DNA of 38,993 bases from a virus (taxonomy: Duplodnaviria > Caudoviricetes): IMG/VR virus record IMGVR_UViG_3300020045_013843, positions 1 to 38,993 of that record. One strand, written 5' to 3'. This document shows, in pieces, positions 36,438 through 38,993 of the stretch. The notes under the pieces were generated by a model that was not told the DNA's origin, searched no databases, and saw only the letters and a program-made list of their open reading frames with translations. The position numbers were made by a program, and so were the translations under genes. Position 1 is the stretch's first letter, and each line of letters starts with the position of its first letter.

Positions 36438-36836
36438 ATGGATAAAAAAACTATCAAGCATCTTATCAGCCTTCTACGCCATGGAACTATTGAATGGCAT
36501 ATCAGAAGCAAAGTTATTAACAGAGACAGAAAACATGTTCAAATTGGCACGTTCAAAAATGGGTCTCCAAAATATAAATACTATTACCGATGCCAGAAAT
36601 GCAAAGAATATTTTGAGGATAAATCTGTTTTGGAATTAGATCACATAGTTGAGATAGGGCATATTGATATTTCTAATCCCCTCGCTATCGATTGGACATC
36701 TGTAATATATAAAATGTACTGTGATGAGAGTAATTTGCAAGGGCTATGTGGTACTTGCCATCAGAAAAAGACCCGAGTTAATGCCTCTTTAAGGTACACT
36801 AGAAAAGGAAATACAACCGAGGATGATTTGTTTTAA
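36438..36836 (+). CDS. HNH endonuclease
   Basis: YRCQKC, ELDHIVEIG and NLQGLCGTCHQKKT motifs. Confidence 0.9.
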   Translation: MDKKTIKHLISLLRHGTIEWHIRSKVINRDRKHVQIGTFKNGSPKYKYYYRCQKCKEYFEDKSVLELDHIVEIGHIDISNPLAIDWTSVIYKMYCDESNLQGLCGTCHQKKTRVNASLRYTRKGNTTEDDLF

Positions 36837-36837
36837 A

Positions 36838-36859
36838 TTGCCTCCGCGCTCAGAGGCAA
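36838..36859. terminator. Hairpin between convergent genes
   Basis: TTGCCTC-cgcgctca-GAGGCAA with a T-rich tract downstream on the plus strand. Confidence 0.55.
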
Positions 36860-36909
36860 AATGTAATTTTTATTATTTTTTTTTAATTGTTTTAAATCCC
36901 GAGCGCAGG

Positions 36910-37146
36910 CTATATCCATAAATCTAGATGGGGAATTTTATCCACGTATGTTTTCTTTTCAGAAAGGACTAACTCCTTCTTAAATATTTTGAAGTCACAC
37001 AAAACGCATTTTCTAGCTGGAGTAGCTATTCCAAATAAGTACCAGGGACCTAATACATGGTCATTGCACACCTTAGAACGAACCTTGTGGGCTCCCCATC
37101 TATGTCCTTTGACCCTTCCTTTACGCTTCAAGGATACATGTCCCAC
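36910..37146 (-). CDS. Hypothetical basic protein, possibly Zn-binding
   Basis: CxxH and CxxC motifs; start codon uncertain. Confidence 0.5.
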   Translation of the reverse strand: MGHVSLKRKGRVKGHRWGAHKVRSKVCNDHVLGPWYLFGIATPARKCVLCDFKIFKKELVLSEKKTYVDKIPHLDLWI

Positions 37147-37297
37147 TTATAAGATTAAAATGCATCAGGGCCTCCTCTAAAGTAGGGTGAGAACTACAAA
37201 AAGCCCCATCCTTAAAAATTCTATATTTTTCCTCTTCCTCTTCATTCTTGTCCAAGACAAAAGAAGTATTATCCTTTTCAATTTTCACTAAGTTCAT
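37121..37297 (-). CDS. Unlisted 58-aa hypothetical protein (MNLVKIEKDNTSFVLDK...)
   Basis: GGGAGA SD, ATG 37297, TAA 37121-37123; overlaps its neighbours. Confidence 0.55.
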   Translation of the reverse strand: MNLVKIEKDNTSFVLDKNEEEEEKYRIFKDGAFCSSHPTLEEALMHFNLISGTCILEA

Positions 37298-37427
37298 TAA
37301 AAAATTCTCCCAGCTCTTTTATCTGAGCTTCTTTTTGACTAGTATAAATTTTAAGCTCCAAGACATCCTTTATTACTATCGAAAGCAAGGAAATCTCTTC
37401 AGTAGTTAAGGCCAATTCTATTTCCAT
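37278..37427 (-). CDS. Unlisted 49-aa hypothetical protein (MEIELALTTEEISLL...)
   Basis: TAATG coupling with ORF 37427..37807, GGAG SD, TGA 37278-37280. Confidence 0.6.
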   Translation of the reverse strand: MEIELALTTEEISLLSIVIKDVLELKIYTSQKEAQIKELGEFFNELSEN

Positions 37428-37807
37428 TATTGTTCTCCGGGCTTGATATCAATCATGGCCTGCTTAAGGGCCATTGCTTTTATTTTGTAATCTCTATCAA
37501 AGGCAATTCCCTTATAGGCCATAAATTCTCCGCGCAGCTTTAATTCTTTGCAGCTCTCTTCAATCTCAGAATTAAGGGCCTCTATTTTACTCTCTAACTC
37601 TAATATTCTTTTATCCGAAGTGCTGAAAGATTCTTTTTTAGAGAATCTAATAAGAACCTGAGAATCTGCTGGGCTCCAGACCTCTTCGTTTACACATATT
37701 TCGGGGTACTGGAAATCATAACTATCTAATAATTCCTCGGATAAGATAGTTTTAGCTCCCTCATATAACACTTTTAGTAAGGTCTCTTCACTGAAAATTA
37801 TCGACAT
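37427..37807 (-). CDS. Hypothetical protein with C-terminal coiled coil
   Basis: GGGGAGG SD; first gene of the leftward early operon. Confidence 0.7.
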   Translation of the reverse strand: MSIIFSEETLLKVLYEGAKTILSEELLDSYDFQYPEICVNEEVWSPADSQVLIRFSKKESFSTSDKRILELESKIEALNSEIEESCKELKLRGEFMAYKGIAFDRDYKIKAMALKQAMIDIKPGEQ

Positions 37808-37885
37808 ATACCTCCCCTTTACTTTTTACGGCCCTCTTTACTTTGAACAGAATTGAACTTATAACATTATTAATTTGGAGGCAAG

Positions 37886-38053
37886 ATGAAATATTTAAAA
37901 AAATTGTTAAAGGTGTACACGTATGAGGAAATTGCAGAGGGATTAGGGTACAGGTCTAGATCAACTATTTGTAATTGGATTAAAATTAATAAGATCCCTA
38001 AAAGAAAAGTGGAACTTGTAAAAGAACTCAGTATTAGAATTTTAGGAAAATAG
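37886..38053 (+). CDS. Unlisted Cro-like helix-turn-helix protein (55 aa)
   Basis: GGAGG SD; MKYLKKLLKVYTYEEIAEGLGYRSRSTICNWIKINKIPKRKVELVKELSIRILGK contains the A..LG.....I.NW....IP HTH signature. Confidence 0.8.
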   Translation: MKYLKKLLKVYTYEEIAEGLGYRSRSTICNWIKINKIPKRKVELVKELSIRILGK

Positions 38054-38063
38054 GGAGATACTT

Positions 38064-38477
38064 ATGCCTCGTAAATTGTCACACTACCCTGGGTTTAAAT
38101 TTGGAAGGTTTGAGGTAATTTCTTATAAGGGAAACTTGAAGTGGGAAGTTAAATGCACTTGTGGAACATACGAGGAAAAGTCCTCAAAACAAATTGGGGA
38201 TATGGCATCTCAAAGAAAAAAACTTCATGCTATGTGCGATTTGTGTAAGCTAGACAATCTTATATATCCTGCTAGAAGTAAGAAGGGAAATTCCCTGAGA
38301 GGAATAATCCATAAGAAAACAACTTTTAGGAAGGTTCTAAAAGGAACGTACCAATTGTGTGATTTAGATAAGAAGGTTTCTGAAATTCGTACTGAAGAAG
38401 GAATATTGAATTCTTATAGTGCCAAGTGGGGGTATGTAACTTGTTTGGAATGTCTAAAAATTAGGGATGCTAAATGA
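38064..38477 (+). CDS. Hypothetical Cys-rich basic protein
   Basis: GGGAG SD; GFKFGRFEVI...WEVKCTCG N-terminus as in HNH/AP2-associated domains; CxxC pairs. Confidence 0.65.
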   Translation: MPRKLSHYPGFKFGRFEVISYKGNLKWEVKCTCGTYEEKSSKQIGDMASQRKKLHAMCDLCKLDNLIYPARSKKGNSLRGIIHKKTTFRKVLKGTYQLCDLDKKVSEIRTEEGILNSYSAKWGYVTCLECLKIRDAK

Positions 38478-38689
38478 GTTTAATATCTGTTCATAAATAT
38501 AAATGGTCCCAAATGAGTCGTAGAAGAATTCTAAAGAAACTGTGGAAAGAAGGATATCTCAATCTTAAGGAATTTGCCCATGATAAATTTTGGTATGAGA
38601 TAAATAGCTCAGAAGGAATGGAAGAGTATAAGAAGAGATTTAAAATAAATAGTGATTGGAAACTAAAAGAGAAGCAGGGGGAATTATGA
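38474..38689 (+). CDS. Hypothetical basic protein
   Basis: ATG adjacent to the upstream stop; in operon context. Confidence 0.6.
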   Translation: MSLISVHKYKWSQMSRRRILKKLWKEGYLNLKEFAHDKFWYEINSSEGMEEYKKRFKINSDWKLKEKQGEL

Positions 38690-38993
38690 AAAGAGTCGAA
38701 GTAAAAAAGTGGATTATTGAGGATGGAAAAATTAAATTGTTTGATTCTGATGGAAAGCTGATTGGTGAGGATGTTTGGTCGTTCTGGCCTGGGGACTTTT
38801 CCTGCTCCAACAACCAGCTTACTTCTCTCGAAGGCGCTCCGAAGGAAGTTGGCGGGGGCTTTTCCTGCCACAGCAACCAGCTCACTTCTCTCGAAGGCGC
38901 TCCTAAGGAAGTTGGCGGGGACTTTTCCTGCTCCAACAACCAGCTTACTTCTCTCGAAGGCGCTCCGAAGGAAGTTGGCGGGGGCTTTTCCTG
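38686..38993 (+). CDS. Unlisted LRR-like 21-aa repeat protein, 3'-truncated
   Basis: AGGGGG SD and ATGA overlap; MKRVEVKKW...WP then GDFSCSNNQLTSLEGAPKEVG repeats to the window end. Confidence 0.85.
   Translation, partial: MKRVEVKKWIIEDGKIKLFDSDGKLIGEDVWSFWPGDFSCSNNQLTSLEGAPKEVGGGFSCHSNQLTSLEGAPKEVGGDFSCSNNQLTSLEGAPKEVGGGFS
38791..38993 (+). repeat. 63-bp tandem repeat with 126-bp ABAB higher order
   Basis: Units start at 38791, 38854, 38917 and 38980; unit 1 is identical to unit 3, and the visible start of unit 4 matches unit 2. Confidence 0.95.

Noticed and set aside
38791-38993. CRISPR array or DGR template/variable repeat
   Set aside because: The units are contiguous in-frame coding repeats without unique spacers. 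The differences include non-adenine positions (TCC>CAC, CTT>CTC, CCG>CCT), and no reverse transcriptase or cas gene is present.
1-38993. Alternative genetic code or stop-codon reassignment
   Set aside because: Genes are full length and tightly packed under the standard code, and TAA, TAG and TGA are all used as stops.
1-38993. Specific host assignment (e.g. Bacteriovorax-like predatory bacteria, suggested by low GC, codon style and the signal-peptide fibre)
   Set aside because: Impression only; it needs CRISPR spacer, prophage or k-mer matching. Only a Gram-negative host is reasonably supported.

Overview
AT-rich (roughly 36-38% GC by eye) and apparently near-complete genome of a long-tailed (siphovirus-like) phage or prophage. 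The host is probably Gram-negative, given an overlapping Rz/Rz1-like pair with a lipobox. Plus strand: 5'-truncated primase-helicase, C5 methyltransferase, terminase small subunit, a large-terminase ORF fused in frame to the C-terminal half of a ClpP-type prohead protease, HK97-fold capsid, a portal placed after the capsid, a ~5.5 kb head-fibre/decoration block, neck, tail tube (apparent ATT start), frameshifted tail chaperones, tape measure, lambda-like tail tip, two fibres (one with a Sec-like signal peptide) and lysis genes. Minus strand: HNH, SNF2 helicase, RecE/DUF3799-like exonuclease, SSB-like protein and a family A DNA polymerase. The right end holds small early genes, a Cro-like HTH and a truncated 21-aa LRR-like repeat protein. 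I saw no integrase, tRNA or CRISPR. All calls come from motif recognition by eye; no database searches were run.
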